64,000 nt of DNA from Candidatus Entotheonellaceae bacterium (lineage in GTDB: Bacteria > Tectomicrobia > Entotheonellia > Entotheonellales > Entotheonellaceae). Under the pieces are notes generated by a model. That model worked only from the letters and a program-made list of their open reading frames with translations, was not told the DNA's origin and ran no database searches. A program made the translations under genes and the position numbers. Shown one piece after another: positions 28,642 through 38,383 of this stretch; position 1 is the first letter of the stretch, and every line of letters begins with the position of its first letter. The DNA lies in contig OZ250173.1 of the NCBI GenBank assembly GCA_965238075.1, forward strand, positions 768,001 through 832,000, given 5' to 3'.

Positions 28642-31608
28642 GTGAGCGACAGGCACCCGCCCGACGTTTTCTCCGCCCCGGTGTCTCGGCCCGACTCGAT
28701 GGCCGATTACGTCGAGTTCCTCAAGACAGGCGTGCTGAAAGACGCCCTTGTTCATCACACCACCCTTCCGGCACGGCCGCGCCGGCTGGCGCCGCCGCTG
28801 CGGCGCTTTCCCAGGGCGGTGGCCGACATTCTCCAGGCCGCTGGGGTGACGTCCCTGTACAGCCATCAAGCCGAGGGCATCAGCAAGGCGCTGGACGGCG
28901 AGAACGTCGTGGTGGCGACGCCGACGGCCAGCGGCAAGACCCTGGTCTACAACGTGCCGGTCATCACCACGCTGCTGGAGAACCCCGACGCGCACGCGCT
29001 CTATATCTTCCCGCTCAAAGCCCTGGTGCAGGATCAGCACGACGAACTGCACACCCTGCTGCAGCGCCTTGGCCGCGGCCTCAGCGTCGAGATCTACGAT
29101 GGCGACACCCCGGCGCATCGGCGCCGGCAGATTCGCGGCGCGCCGCCGAACGTGCTCATCACCACACCGGATATGCTGCACGCCGGTCTGTTGGCATTCC
29201 ACGAGGCATGGGCAGGGTTCTTTGCGCGGCTGCGCTACGTGGTGATTGACGAATTGCACACCTACAGCGGGGTGTTCGGCACCCACGTGCTGCACCTGCT
29301 GCGACGGCTGAACCGCCTGTGTGCCGCGTATGGCAGCCGGCCGGTGTACATGACCAGCTCAGCCACCATCGGCAATCCCGGGTATCTGGCCAGCACCCTG
29401 GTGAACCGGCCGTTTCACACCGTTTCCGACAATGGCGCCCCGGCCGCGGCGCGGCACGTGGTGTTCGTCAATCCGCCCGAAAGCCCGCAGGTCCTGGCCG
29501 CCCGCCTGCTGCGGATGAGCGTGACGAACGGGCTACGCACGATCGTCTTCACGCGAGCGCGGGTGGTCACGGAACTCGTCTACCGCTCGGCAACCCAGCA
29601 GCATCCCGAACTCCGCGAGGTCATCTCCTCGTACCGCGCCGGATACCTGCCCGAGGAGCGGCGCCAGATCGAAGCCGCCCTGCATTCGGGCGAGTTGCTT
29701 GGCGTCGTGTCTACCTCGGCCCTGGAACTGGGCATCGACATCGGAAACCTGGACGTGTGCATTCTCGTCGGTTACCCCGGCTCCATCGTCAATACCTGGC
29801 AGCGCGCCGGGCGAGTGGGGCGCGGCGGACGCGAGGCACTGATCATCCTCATCGCCGGCCGGGACGCCCTCGATCAGTTCCTCGTCAAATACCCCGAACA
29901 CTTCCTCGGGCGCAGCGTCGAGGATGCGGTGGTGGACCCGGCCAACGCCTACATCCTCAAGGACCACCTGGCGTGCGCCGCCCGCGAGACGCCGTTGAGC
30001 CGCGACGAGCCCGAGTATGCAATCCCCGGTTGGCGGACGGCGGTAGACGAGTTGGTGCGCGACGGCGTGCTCCTGCAGAGCGCCGATGGCGACACTTGGC
30101 ACGCCGCCCGCAAGCAGCCGCACCGCCGGGTCAATCTGCGCAGCATCGGCGCATCGTGGACCCTGTACGACCGCAGCACCGGGGCGCCCATCGGCACAGT
30201 GAGCGGCGGGCAGGTATACGGCGAGTGCCACGACGGCGCCGTCTACCTGCATCGCGGCCGCCAGTACCTCATCACCGGACGCGACCCGGCCAAGGGGCAC
30301 ATCCACGCCGATGCGGTCGAGGTGCCGTATTACACCCGCGCCAAAACGGAGAAGGAAACGGAAATCCTGGACACCCTGCGCTCGCGCCCGATGCCGGGAT
30401 TTCTGTCCAAACTGGGACGCCTCAAGGTGCGCTCCCAGGTGGTGGGCTACGAGAAGATTCGCGTGCGCGACGGCGCCATGATCAGCCAGCACCCACTGGA
30501 ATCGCCGGTCCAGCACCTGGAGACCATCGGCTTCTGGCTGGAATTGGAGCCGCAATACCAACGAGACCTGAAACGGCACGCCTTCCACTACATGGGCTCG
30601 ATCCACGCCATCGAGCACGCCATGAAGTCGCTCTACCCGCTTCTGGCGTTGAGCAATCGCACCGACGTCGGTGGCATCTGCTACCCGCTGCACCCGCAAT
30701 TGGGCAAGGGCGCCATCTTCGTCTACGACTACTACCCCGGCGGCATCGGCCTGGCCGAGAAAGGCTTTGTGATGCTTGACCGGCTGCTGGACATGACCCT
30801 GGACCTGGTCGAAACCTGCGATTGCGAGCGCGGCTGCCCGTCGTGCATCCACTTTCCCACCTGCGGCGCCGGCAACGTGCCGCTCGACAAGGCGGGCTGT
30901 CTCCACCTGTTACGCATTCTGACCGGCCGCGAGCGCCTTGATCTCAGCAGTCAGTCGTTCGTCGAAGACGCTGACGAGGCACCCATCTTCGCGGCTTGGG
31001 AAGTCGTCGAAGCCATACCGGAGGAACCGCTCCCACAAGGCCCGCACCTCGTGGTGTTCGATCTCGAAACCCAGCGCAGCGCCGCCGAAGTCGGCGGCTG
31101 GAACCGCGCTTACCTCATGGGCATGTCCCTCGGCATCGTCTGGGACAGTCACCAACAAGTCCATACCACCTATTTCGAGGACGACGTTGAAGCCCTTCTG
31201 CACCACCTGCAGCGCGCCGACCTGGTGATTGGCTTCAACGTCATCGGCTTCGATTACAGCGTGCTGCGCGGCTACACCCCCTTTGACTTTGGCCAACTCA
31301 ACACCCTCGACATCCTGCGCGACGTCCACGCCCAACTCGGCTATCGCCTCAGCCTCGACGCCCTCGGCACTGCCACCCTCAACACCCCCAAATCCGCCGA
31401 CGGCTTGCAAGCCTTGCAATGGTACAAAGAGGGCCGCCTCGACCTCATCGAAACCTACTGTAGGCAAGACGTCGACCTCACCCGCGACCTCTTCCGCTAC
31501 GGCCTCACCCACGGCCATCTCCTGTTCGACCGTAAAGGCGAAGGCCGCCTGCGCGTGCCGGTGGATTGGGAGCTCGATAAGCTGGTGCAAAGGGGGCGGG
31601 AAACGTAG
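28642..31608 (+). CDS. DEAD/DEAH helicase with DUF1998 (MrfA/SftH/Hrq1-like) fused to a C-terminal RNase_H_2/DEDD exonuclease domain
   Basis: TPTASGKT, DELH, SAT, LELGIDIG, QRAGRVGR, CDCERGCPSC; then FDLET, GFNVIGFD, YCRQDV. Confidence 0.9.
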   Translation: MSDRHPPDVFSAPVSRPDSMADYVEFLKTGVLKDALVHHTTLPARPRRLAPPLRRFPRAVADILQAAGVTSLYSHQAEGISKALDGENVVVATPTASGKTLVYNVPVITTLLENPDAHALYIFPLKALVQDQHDELHTLLQRLGRGLSVEIYDGDTPAHRRRQIRGAPPNVLITTPDMLHAGLLAFHEAWAGFFARLRYVVIDELHTYSGVFGTHVLHLLRRLNRLCAAYGSRPVYMTSSATIGNPGYLASTLVNRPFHTVSDNGAPAAARHVVFVNPPESPQVLAARLLRMSVTNGLRTIVFTRARVVTELVYRSATQQHPELREVISSYRAGYLPEERRQIEAALHSGELLGVVSTSALELGIDIGNLDVCILVGYPGSIVNTWQRAGRVGRGGREALIILIAGRDALDQFLVKYPEHFLGRSVEDAVVDPANAYILKDHLACAARETPLSRDEPEYAIPGWRTAVDELVRDGVLLQSADGDTWHAARKQPHRRVNLRSIGASWTLYDRSTGAPIGTVSGGQVYGECHDGAVYLHRGRQYLITGRDPAKGHIHADAVEVPYYTRAKTEKETEILDTLRSRPMPGFLSKLGRLKVRSQVVGYEKIRVRDGAMISQHPLESPVQHLETIGFWLELEPQYQRDLKRHAFHYMGSIHAIEHAMKSLYPLLALSNRTDVGGICYPLHPQLGKGAIFVYDYYPGGIGLAEKGFVMLDRLLDMTLDLVETCDCERGCPSCIHFPTCGAGNVPLDKAGCLHLLRILTGRERLDLSSQSFVEDADEAPIFAAWEVVEAIPEEPLPQGPHLVVFDLETQRSAAEVGGWNRAYLMGMSLGIVWDSHQQVHTTYFEDDVEALLHHLQRADLVIGFNVIGFDYSVLRGYTPFDFGQLNTLDILRDVHAQLGYRLSLDALGTATLNTPKSADGLQALQWYKEGRLDLIETYCRQDVDLTRDLFRYGLTHGHLLFDRKGEGRLRVPVDWELDKLVQRGRET

Positions 31609-31644
31609 GGATACGGGGTTTGGCGCCATCCTGGCCGTTGACGA

Positions 31645-31989
31645 TCAGGCCACGGAAGTGCCGTTGGCGACCGGAAACGACGGGTGCAGAAGCACCACAC
31701 CCTCATCCTCGCTGACGGTGCCGAGCACCAGCACCTCGGACCTGATGCCCGCCACCCATTTGGGCGGGAAGTTCATCACCGCCACGACCTGTCGCCCTAT
31801 CAGGCCCTGCGGCGTGTAGTGACGGGTAATCTGTGCCGAGCTTGTTCGCAGCCCAAGCGGCCCGAAATCGATCCGCACCACGTAAGCCGGCACCCTCGCC
31901 TTCAGGTTCGGCGCTGCCTCGACGATGGTGCCGGCGTGGATTCGAATGCGTTGAAATTCCTCGAAGGTAACTTCCTCGCCTGCGTCCAT
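31645..31989 (-). CDS. csaA: tRNA-binding/export chaperone CsaA
   Basis: IDFGPLGLRTSSAQIT, VMNFPPK, SEVLVLG. Confidence 0.9.
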   Translation of the reverse strand: MDAGEEVTFEEFQRIRIHAGTIVEAAPNLKARVPAYVVRIDFGPLGLRTSSAQITRHYTPQGLIGRQVVAVMNFPPKWVAGIRSEVLVLGTVSEDEGVVLLHPSFPVANGTSVA

Positions 31990-32008
31990 TTTTGCTCCTG
32001 GTACTCAC

Positions 32009-32044
32009 AAAAAAACACCCCGGTGCCCCCACACCGAGGTGTTT
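32009..32044 (-). terminator. Intrinsic terminator downstream of the ABC transporter operon
   Basis: Minus-strand stem-loop AAACACCTCGGTG..CACCGGGGTG followed directly by a run of T's. Confidence 0.65.
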
Positions 32045-32086
32045 CGGAAAATAGCGGAACATCGGCCCCGTGGCTGAGAGTCCAGC

Positions 32087-33034
32087 CTACTTGAGCCGCG
32101 GATCGAGCGCGTCGCGCAAGCCGTCGCCGAACAGATTGAAGCCCAGCACGGTGATGAAAATGGCGAAGCCCGGGCCGAGTGCCAGCCATGGGGTCTGTTG
32201 AATCCAGGCGACGTTGGCCTTCAGGTCCCAGCCCCAGCTCGGGGTTGGCGGCTGGGTGCCCAGGCCCAGGAAGCTGAGGGAGGCTTCCACGATGATGGCC
32301 GTGGCGATGCTCAGGGTACCGGTGACAATGATGGGCGCCATGCAATTAGGCAGGATGTGCCGCAGCAGAATCTTGGGGTCGTGCTGCCCGAGGGCGTGGC
32401 AGGCCTCGATGTATTCCTTTTCCTTGATGGACAGCACGCTGCCGCGCACCAGCCGGGCGTATATGGGAATACGCACGATGCCGATGGCCATGATGATCTT
32501 CATGGCGCCGAGCAGTCCGGCAGTCGGCGTAAACATGATCATGATGACGATGGCCAGCAGGAAGACCGGGAAGGCGAGGATGACGTCCATGGCACGCATG
32601 ATGAGGGTGTCGGCCTTGCCGCCGTAGAAGCCGCCGATAATGCCGAGCGGCACGCCGACGAAGATGGCCAGCAGCACGGAGGACAGCCCGACGGCCAGCG
32701 ACACGCGGCTGCCGTGGATGATGCGGCTCAGCATGTCGCGCCCGAACTGGTCGGTGCCCAGCCAATGAACGCGGCTCGGCGCCTGGAACAGCTCGTTCAT
32801 AGAGTTGACCACCGGATCGTACGGCGCCAGGACGTCGGCGAAAATCGCCACCAGTATCAGCAACACCACGATGCCCAGGCCGAAAAGCGCCGTGTAGCTG
32901 CGCTTCAACCGCCGCGCGGTCTGGGCCAGCAGCGATTCCGACGACGGAGCTGCCTGCCTGACCGGTGCCGCCGGCTCGATCACCGCGGTGGCGGCGCTGC
33001 CGTTGGCCGCGCCGTTCAGCACCTGGCTTTTCAT
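32087..33034 (-). CDS. Peptide/nickel ABC transporter permease (DppC/OppC-like)
   Basis: HWLGTDQFGRD, EYIEACHALG, RHILPN, EASLSFLGLG, FNLFGDGLRDALDP. Confidence 0.93.
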   Translation of the reverse strand: MKSQVLNGAANGSAATAVIEPAAPVRQAAPSSESLLAQTARRLKRSYTALFGLGIVVLLILVAIFADVLAPYDPVVNSMNELFQAPSRVHWLGTDQFGRDMLSRIIHGSRVSLAVGLSSVLLAIFVGVPLGIIGGFYGGKADTLIMRAMDVILAFPVFLLAIVIMIMFTPTAGLLGAMKIIMAIGIVRIPIYARLVRGSVLSIKEKEYIEACHALGQHDPKILLRHILPNCMAPIIVTGTLSIATAIIVEASLSFLGLGTQPPTPSWGWDLKANVAWIQQTPWLALGPGFAIFITVLGFNLFGDGLRDALDPRLK

Positions 33035-33085
33035 CAGGGACCCTCCTGTTCGTTGTGCGTGTACCAAACCGACGGCACCGGCATG

Positions 33086-33188
33086 CCCCCTCTCCCTAAC
33101 TCTCCCCCACCAGGGGGGAGGGGACTTGACGCTGGGCGGCCGCTATGGATGATGGAACGTCGGATTACGCTGCGCTAATCCGACCTGC
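33086..33188. repeat. C/G-rich palindrome (33086-33123) plus GTAG-type REP (33159-33188)
   Basis: CCCCCTCTCCCTAACTCTCCCCC..GGGGGGAGGGG and GTCGGATTACGCTGCGCTAATCCGACCTGC. Confidence 0.75.
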
Positions 33189-33205
33189 GTTTGGCCGCGC
33201 AGTCG

Positions 33206-34183
33206 CTAAACGTTGTACCGGATGCGCGGATCGAGGAACGAGTAGGTCAGATCGACCAAGACGTTGATCACCACGAAACATACCGCCACCAGCAGGATGA
33301 AGCCCTGCACCTGCTGATAATCGCGCAGAATGATGGCGTTGATGCCGTATGTCCCCAAGCCGGGAATGGCAAACAGGGTCTCGACGACGATCGCACCGCC
33401 GATCATGAAGCCGACCTGCAGACCCATGATGGTGACCGTGGGGATGAGGGCGTTTTTCAGGGCGTGCTTGAGGATAACGAATTTCTCCGCCAGCCCCTTG
33501 GCGCGCGCCGTGGTGACGTATTCCATGCGGATGATTTCCAGCAAGCTGGCACGCAGCAGCCGCGTCAGGATCGCCGCCCGCCCGACCCCGAGAGCGATGG
33601 CCGGCATCAGGACGTGCTTCAGATTGCCCCCCACGCTGGCCTCGCAGATGAGGCTGGGGCACGTGCCCGGCAGGTACACCCAGCCGAAACTCGGCAGCAG
33701 CCCGTTGAACGCCACCGAGAAGACCAGCAGCAACAGAATGCCGAGAAAGAAATCGGGAATCGAAATGCCCACCAGGGCGGTGGACATGGCGGTGTAGTCG
33801 CCCCAGGTGTTCTGGCGCAGCGCCGCAATGGTGCCGGCCGGAATGGCGATGAGCAGCGCCACCAGCATGGCCAGGACGATCAACTCGGCGGTGACCGGCA
33901 AGCGGATCAGAACGTCCTGCAGCACCGGGCGGGCGCTGATGAATGATTCGCCCCAATCGCCCTGTACCAGCTTCACCAGCCAGATGAGGTACTGCGAGAC
34001 GATCGGCTTGTTCAGGCCGTACTCCTGACGCAGTATCTCGGCGTCTTCCTCGTCATAGGCATCGCCCAGCAGAGCCATCAGCGGGTCGCCGGGAATGGCC
34101 TGCATCATGGCGAACACCACGAGGGTGATCATCAGGATGGTCGGAATGACCTGCAACAGGCGTTTGATGATGTATTCCCGCAT
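33206..34183 (-). CDS. Peptide/nickel ABC transporter permease (DppB/OppB-like)
   Basis: PGDP, GDWGES, YVTTARAKGL, HALKNALIP, VETLFAIPGLG, LDPRIR. Confidence 0.93.
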   Translation of the reverse strand: MREYIIKRLLQVIPTILMITLVVFAMMQAIPGDPLMALLGDAYDEEDAEILRQEYGLNKPIVSQYLIWLVKLVQGDWGESFISARPVLQDVLIRLPVTAELIVLAMLVALLIAIPAGTIAALRQNTWGDYTAMSTALVGISIPDFFLGILLLLVFSVAFNGLLPSFGWVYLPGTCPSLICEASVGGNLKHVLMPAIALGVGRAAILTRLLRASLLEIIRMEYVTTARAKGLAEKFVILKHALKNALIPTVTIMGLQVGFMIGGAIVVETLFAIPGLGTYGINAIILRDYQQVQGFILLVAVCFVVINVLVDLTYSFLDPRIRYNV

Positions 34184-34197
34184 GGCAACCCCTCAAT

Positions 34198-34261
34198 CGC
34201 TCGCTGAGCTCGCGCTGCTGATATCTAATACGCTCGACTCGCCGGCGCTCGCTCGCTGTGG
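34198..34261 (-). repeat. Tandem-GA double-hairpin element upstream of an RBS (copy 2)
   Basis: Minus strand CCACAGCGAGCGAGCGCCGGCGAGTCGAGCGTAT..CGCGAGCTCAGCGAGCG, then GAGGGG and the permease ATG. Confidence 0.65.
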
Positions 34262-34271
34262 CGCGGCGCGG

Positions 34272-35885
34272 CTACTTGTCCAGCCACACCGTCTCGTAAT
34301 GCACCTCGAATTCCGAGTTGAACGTGTAACCCTTCATCCACGGCTGCGCGATCTGGAAGAACGGCGAGCCCGACACCACGTTCCAGTACAGCTTGTCGGC
34401 CATGAACTCCTGCAATTCCTTGGCAATGGCCCGCCGTTTGTCGGCGTCCAGCTCCTCGGCATAGCGCGCAAAGTATTCGTCGACCCTGACATCCGTGTGC
34501 CGTGTCTGATTCCACGTCGATTGTGTCACCGTCAGGTAGGCATTGCTGTCAAGGGTCAGCAACGACAACAGGTCCTCGACGTACATGTCCCACGGCCCGT
34601 CTTTGAGGCCGGTGTTCATCCAGGTCACCTTGTCCACCAGCTTGATGTTTACGGTCACCCCGAGGCGCGCCAATTGATCCTTGACTACCGTGGCAATGGC
34701 ATTGAACACCGCCTTCTCCGTGTCGGTCATCAACTCGGTCACCAGCGGGTTGTCGGGCCCGTAGCCGACTTCCTCCAGCAGGGTCTTGGCCTTGTCGAGG
34801 TCGTAGGGGCACATGTAATTGACGTCCACCGTATCCATGGTGCCGGGTGGAATCATGCCGACCCAAGGCGTCGCCAGGCCGCGCAGCGCCACCTTGACGA
34901 TCTCCTCGCGGTTAATGCCGTAGCACAGCAGCGCCTTGCGGGTGCGGATGTCGCCGAAGATGGGATGCGGGCAGCGCGGGTTGGTCATCGAGGCATCGGG
35001 CCTGCCGTCGCAGGGCACCGTCACCTTGGCTCCCAGCACCATGGGGGTGGTTTCCGGACCGGTCAGCACCTGCGCCTCGGGAACTTGCGCCTGAATCGTC
35101 TGCACGTGCTCCGGGCTGAAGGAGGCAATGAAATCGATTTCGCCCGTCCTGAGGGCGATCATCTGGGCGATGGGGTCGCGGATGACGCGAATGATCACGC
35201 GGTCCAGGTAGGGCTGGCCGGGCTTGAAGTACTTTTCCCAGCGGTCCATGACGAGGTGGGTGTTGGGCACCCACTCGACGAGGCGGAACGGGCCGCAGCC
35301 GATGACTGCCTGCGGGTCGCCGCGCTTGCGGGCCTTCAGGCTGTGCGCCTGCGTGGCGGCGGGGGAATAGAGCACCAGGCCGGTACGATAGGCGGCGAGC
35401 ATGTGCAGAAAGAAGGCGTAGGGCCGCTTCATATGCACCTTGACGGTCAGCGGATCGACCACTTCGACACTTTGCACCGACTCGTAGAAACGCCGCATGC
35501 CGGACCTGGTCTCCGGGTCCATGAGCCGGTCGATGCTGAACTTTACGGCCTCGGCGTCCACTCTGGAGTTGTCGTGGAAGAGGGCATCGTCGCGCAGCCG
35601 GAAGGTCCACGTCATGGCGTCGTCCGACAACTCCCAGGCCGTCGCCACGTCGCCCACGAACTGGCCGTCGGGGGTGACGTTGACCAGGCCGCAGCCGATG
35701 TTCATGGCCACCCACATCATTTCGTAGCCCGGCGCGGTGTGGAAATCGAGGTGGGAGACTTTGTTGCCATAGGCCACCCGCAGCGTGCCGCCGCGTTTGG
35801 GCTCGGCGGCGAGCGCGAGGCCCGGCAGCAGGACGGCCAGTGTCAAAATGACAAGACTCTTGATAAGCACCTGTGCGTTACGCAT
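34272..35885 (-). CDS. ABC transporter substrate-binding protein, family 5
   Basis: Signal peptide, PKRGGTL, WTFRLR..FHD, GCGPF, PYLD. Confidence 0.92.
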   Translation of the reverse strand: MRNAQVLIKSLVILTLAVLLPGLALAAEPKRGGTLRVAYGNKVSHLDFHTAPGYEMMWVAMNIGCGLVNVTPDGQFVGDVATAWELSDDAMTWTFRLRDDALFHDNSRVDAEAVKFSIDRLMDPETRSGMRRFYESVQSVEVVDPLTVKVHMKRPYAFFLHMLAAYRTGLVLYSPAATQAHSLKARKRGDPQAVIGCGPFRLVEWVPNTHLVMDRWEKYFKPGQPYLDRVIIRVIRDPIAQMIALRTGEIDFIASFSPEHVQTIQAQVPEAQVLTGPETTPMVLGAKVTVPCDGRPDASMTNPRCPHPIFGDIRTRKALLCYGINREEIVKVALRGLATPWVGMIPPGTMDTVDVNYMCPYDLDKAKTLLEEVGYGPDNPLVTELMTDTEKAVFNAIATVVKDQLARLGVTVNIKLVDKVTWMNTGLKDGPWDMYVEDLLSLLTLDSNAYLTVTQSTWNQTRHTDVRVDEYFARYAEELDADKRRAIAKELQEFMADKLYWNVVSGSPFFQIAQPWMKGYTFNSEFEVHYETVWLDK

Positions 35886-36069
35886 GATGTTGCCAGCTCC
35901 TTCAGACCTGATTTACCTGTCCTCGTGGGGCTTCAGGCTATGCGTGCTGAATCCCGCTCTGCCCGCAGTTGCAAGCGCGCACTTTAACGAATTGTCTGAA
36001 CGATGGGCAAGCTTAAAATTGTTACCTGGGTGTGCCCTAGAGGTGAGTAAATAGCGCGGAGCTTCTTGC

Positions 36070-37443
36070 ATGACCATCGAAAAATTTGATCTGATCGTCG
36101 TTGGAGCGGGTTCTGGGAACATGATACCCGGTCCTGAAATGGACACTTGGCGGCTGGCGATTGTGGAGCCGGACAAGTTCGGCGGCACCTGTCTGAACCG
36201 CGGCTGCATACCGTCCAAGATGCTGCTGTATGGGGCGGAGGTTGCCGAGATAGCGCGGCACGGCGCGCAGCTGGGCGTGCATCATACCCTGGCGCATGTG
36301 GATTGGCAGCGGCTGGTGGGACGGGTATGGGAGAAGATCGACCCGATTGCCGAAGCGGGGGCGCAGTACCGCAGGTCGCAGCCGCACGTGACGGTGTACG
36401 ACGCCCCGGCGCGCTTCGTAGCGCCGCACGTCCTGGAAACGGGCGCGCACCGTATTACGGCGGATCGCATCGTTCTCGGCGCCGGCTCGCGACCGCTGGT
36501 GCCGGACGTTCCGGGGCTGCAAAGCATTGTGTACCACACCTCCGATACCATCATGCGGCTGGAGACGCAGCCGCGCTCGCTGCTGATCGTCGGCGGCGGG
36601 TACATCGGCGTGGAAATGGCACACTTCTTCGGTTCGCTGGGAACCCACGTCACGCTCACCGACCACGGCGGGGCGCTCATTAAACGGCAGGACGACGACG
36701 TAGCGCGGGCGTTCACGCAGGTCTATCGGCAGCGCTTCGACGTCCTGTTGCACACCAGCGTTCGCAGTGTCAGCCCGGATAACAACGCCGTTGCCGCGCA
36801 CCTCGACGTAGCCGGCGAGGCGAGCGCGGTCACCGTCGATACCGTGTTGTTCGCCAGCGGCCGGCGCCCCAACTCCGACCGCCTGAACGTCGCCGCCGCC
36901 GGCATCGAGGTGGGCGCCCGCGGGCGCGTGCTGACCGACGCCGGCATGGAAACCAACGTCCCCGGCATTTTCGCGTTCGGCGACCTGGCTTCCCGCCACC
37001 CGCTCAAACACATCGCCAACGCCGAGGCCAGGGCCATTGCGCGGCACCTCCTGGGCGCCGACAAGCACCCGGTCGATTACGACGGCGTCCCCAACGCGGT
37101 CTTCAGCGCCCCGCAGGTGGCCTCCGTCGGCCTCACCGAACGCGACGCCGTGCGGCAAGGCCGCCCCTACATGACGGCGCGCCGACAGTACGCCGACACC
37201 GCCTACGGCTGGGCCATCGGCGACACCGACAGCTTCGTCAAGCTGCTCGCCGACCCGCACACCCGGCTGCTGCTGGGCGCCCACATCATGGGGCCGCAGG
37301 CCTCGCTGCTCATCCAGCCGCTGGTGCAGGGCATGAAGTACGGCCAGACGGTTGACGACATGGCCGGCACGATCTACATCCACCCGGCCCTCACGGAGGT
37401 CGTCGAGCAGGCTCTGCTCGAATTCCCACGCAGGTCGGCTTAG
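36070..37443 (+). CDS. Class I pyridine nucleotide-disulfide oxidoreductase (mycothione reductase-like)
   Basis: GAGSGN, FGGTCLNRGCIPSKM, GGGYIG, AYGWA, YIHPALTEVVE. Confidence 0.85.
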   Translation: MTIEKFDLIVVGAGSGNMIPGPEMDTWRLAIVEPDKFGGTCLNRGCIPSKMLLYGAEVAEIARHGAQLGVHHTLAHVDWQRLVGRVWEKIDPIAEAGAQYRRSQPHVTVYDAPARFVAPHVLETGAHRITADRIVLGAGSRPLVPDVPGLQSIVYHTSDTIMRLETQPRSLLIVGGGYIGVEMAHFFGSLGTHVTLTDHGGALIKRQDDDVARAFTQVYRQRFDVLLHTSVRSVSPDNNAVAAHLDVAGEASAVTVDTVLFASGRRPNSDRLNVAAAGIEVGARGRVLTDAGMETNVPGIFAFGDLASRHPLKHIANAEARAIARHLLGADKHPVDYDGVPNAVFSAPQVASVGLTERDAVRQGRPYMTARRQYADTAYGWAIGDTDSFVKLLADPHTRLLLGAHIMGPQASLLIQPLVQGMKYGQTVDDMAGTIYIHPALTEVVEQALLEFPRRSA

Positions 37444-37459
37444 CGCAGCGTAATCCGAC
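37430..37459 (+). repeat. GTAG-type REP overlapping the reductase stop codon
   Basis: GCAGGTCGGCTTAGCGCAGCGTAATCCGAC. Confidence 0.75.
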
Positions 37460-37486
37460 ATCCACGCCAGAGAGGAACCGTTCCAC

Positions 37487-38371
37487 ATGGCATTGTTCGA
37501 CCACACCTCGACAATCGGCTTTATCGGCGCCGGGGCGGTTGGCGGCTCCCTGGGCGTGTGCTTGTCGCGCGCCGGGTATCAGGTCGTGGCTATTGGGAGC
37601 CGGACGTTCGCTTCGGCGCAGCGGTTCGCCGAGAGCATCGACGGATGCCAAGCCTATCACATGGCCCAGGAGGTGGCAGACGCCGCGCAACTGGTCGTCA
37701 TCAGCACGGCGGATGACGCCATTCGCAGCGTTGCGGAAGGCGTGACGTGGCGGCCCGGACAGGGGGTGATTCACTGCTCCGGGGCAACGTCACTGGACGT
37801 GTTCCGGCATCCGGTAAGCCAAGGGGCGGTAGCGGGGGCATTTCACCCGTTGCAGGCATTCTCGTCGGTGGAAAACGGCGTGGACAGCATTCCGGGAACG
37901 ACGTTTGGCATCGAGGGCAGCCCGGAGGTGCGGACGGCGTTGGCGGACATGGCGCGGGCCATCGGCGGCAAGCCGGTATTCCTGGACGCCGAGGACAAGG
38001 CGCTGTATCACCTGACGGGCGTCATGATGGGCAATCTGCTGACGTGTCTGGCGGCCACCGCGGCGCAATTGTGGGAACAGTGCGGATACTCGCGGGCCGA
38101 GGGGGTTGAGGCGCTGGTACCGATGATGCGGGGGGTGGTAAACAACCTGGAACGTTCGGGGGTGCCCGGCGCGGTTGCCGGACCCTACGTACGGGGCGAT
38201 CTGGGAACGATTCGCAAGCACGTCGAGACGTTGGCCACCCGCGCGCCCGAGGTGCTGCCCTTGTACCGCGAATTGGCCCGCGCCGCGATACCGTTTGGCG
38301 TTGAAAAGCGGGCGCTCAACCCGGAAACCGCGCAGCGGATCGAGGCGATCCTGAAATCGTCCGAAGCCTGA
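37487..38371 (+). CDS. Rossmann-like + DUF2520 protein (PanG-like ketopantoate reductase candidate)
   Basis: GFIGAGAVG, HCSGA, FHPLQAF, KALYH, GPYVRGD..TIRKH. Confidence 0.85.
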   Translation: MALFDHTSTIGFIGAGAVGGSLGVCLSRAGYQVVAIGSRTFASAQRFAESIDGCQAYHMAQEVADAAQLVVISTADDAIRSVAEGVTWRPGQGVIHCSGATSLDVFRHPVSQGAVAGAFHPLQAFSSVENGVDSIPGTTFGIEGSPEVRTALADMARAIGGKPVFLDAEDKALYHLTGVMMGNLLTCLAATAAQLWEQCGYSRAEGVEALVPMMRGVVNNLERSGVPGAVAGPYVRGDLGTIRKHVETLATRAPEVLPLYRELARAAIPFGVEKRALNPETAQRIEAILKSSEA

Positions 38372-38383
38372 CGCACACCTGCC

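Noticed and set aside
28642..31608. Helicase as DISARM DrmAB or Druantia defence component
   Set aside because: No methylase, PLD nuclease or other defence partner is adjacent, and the architecture fits the MrfA/SftH repair type.
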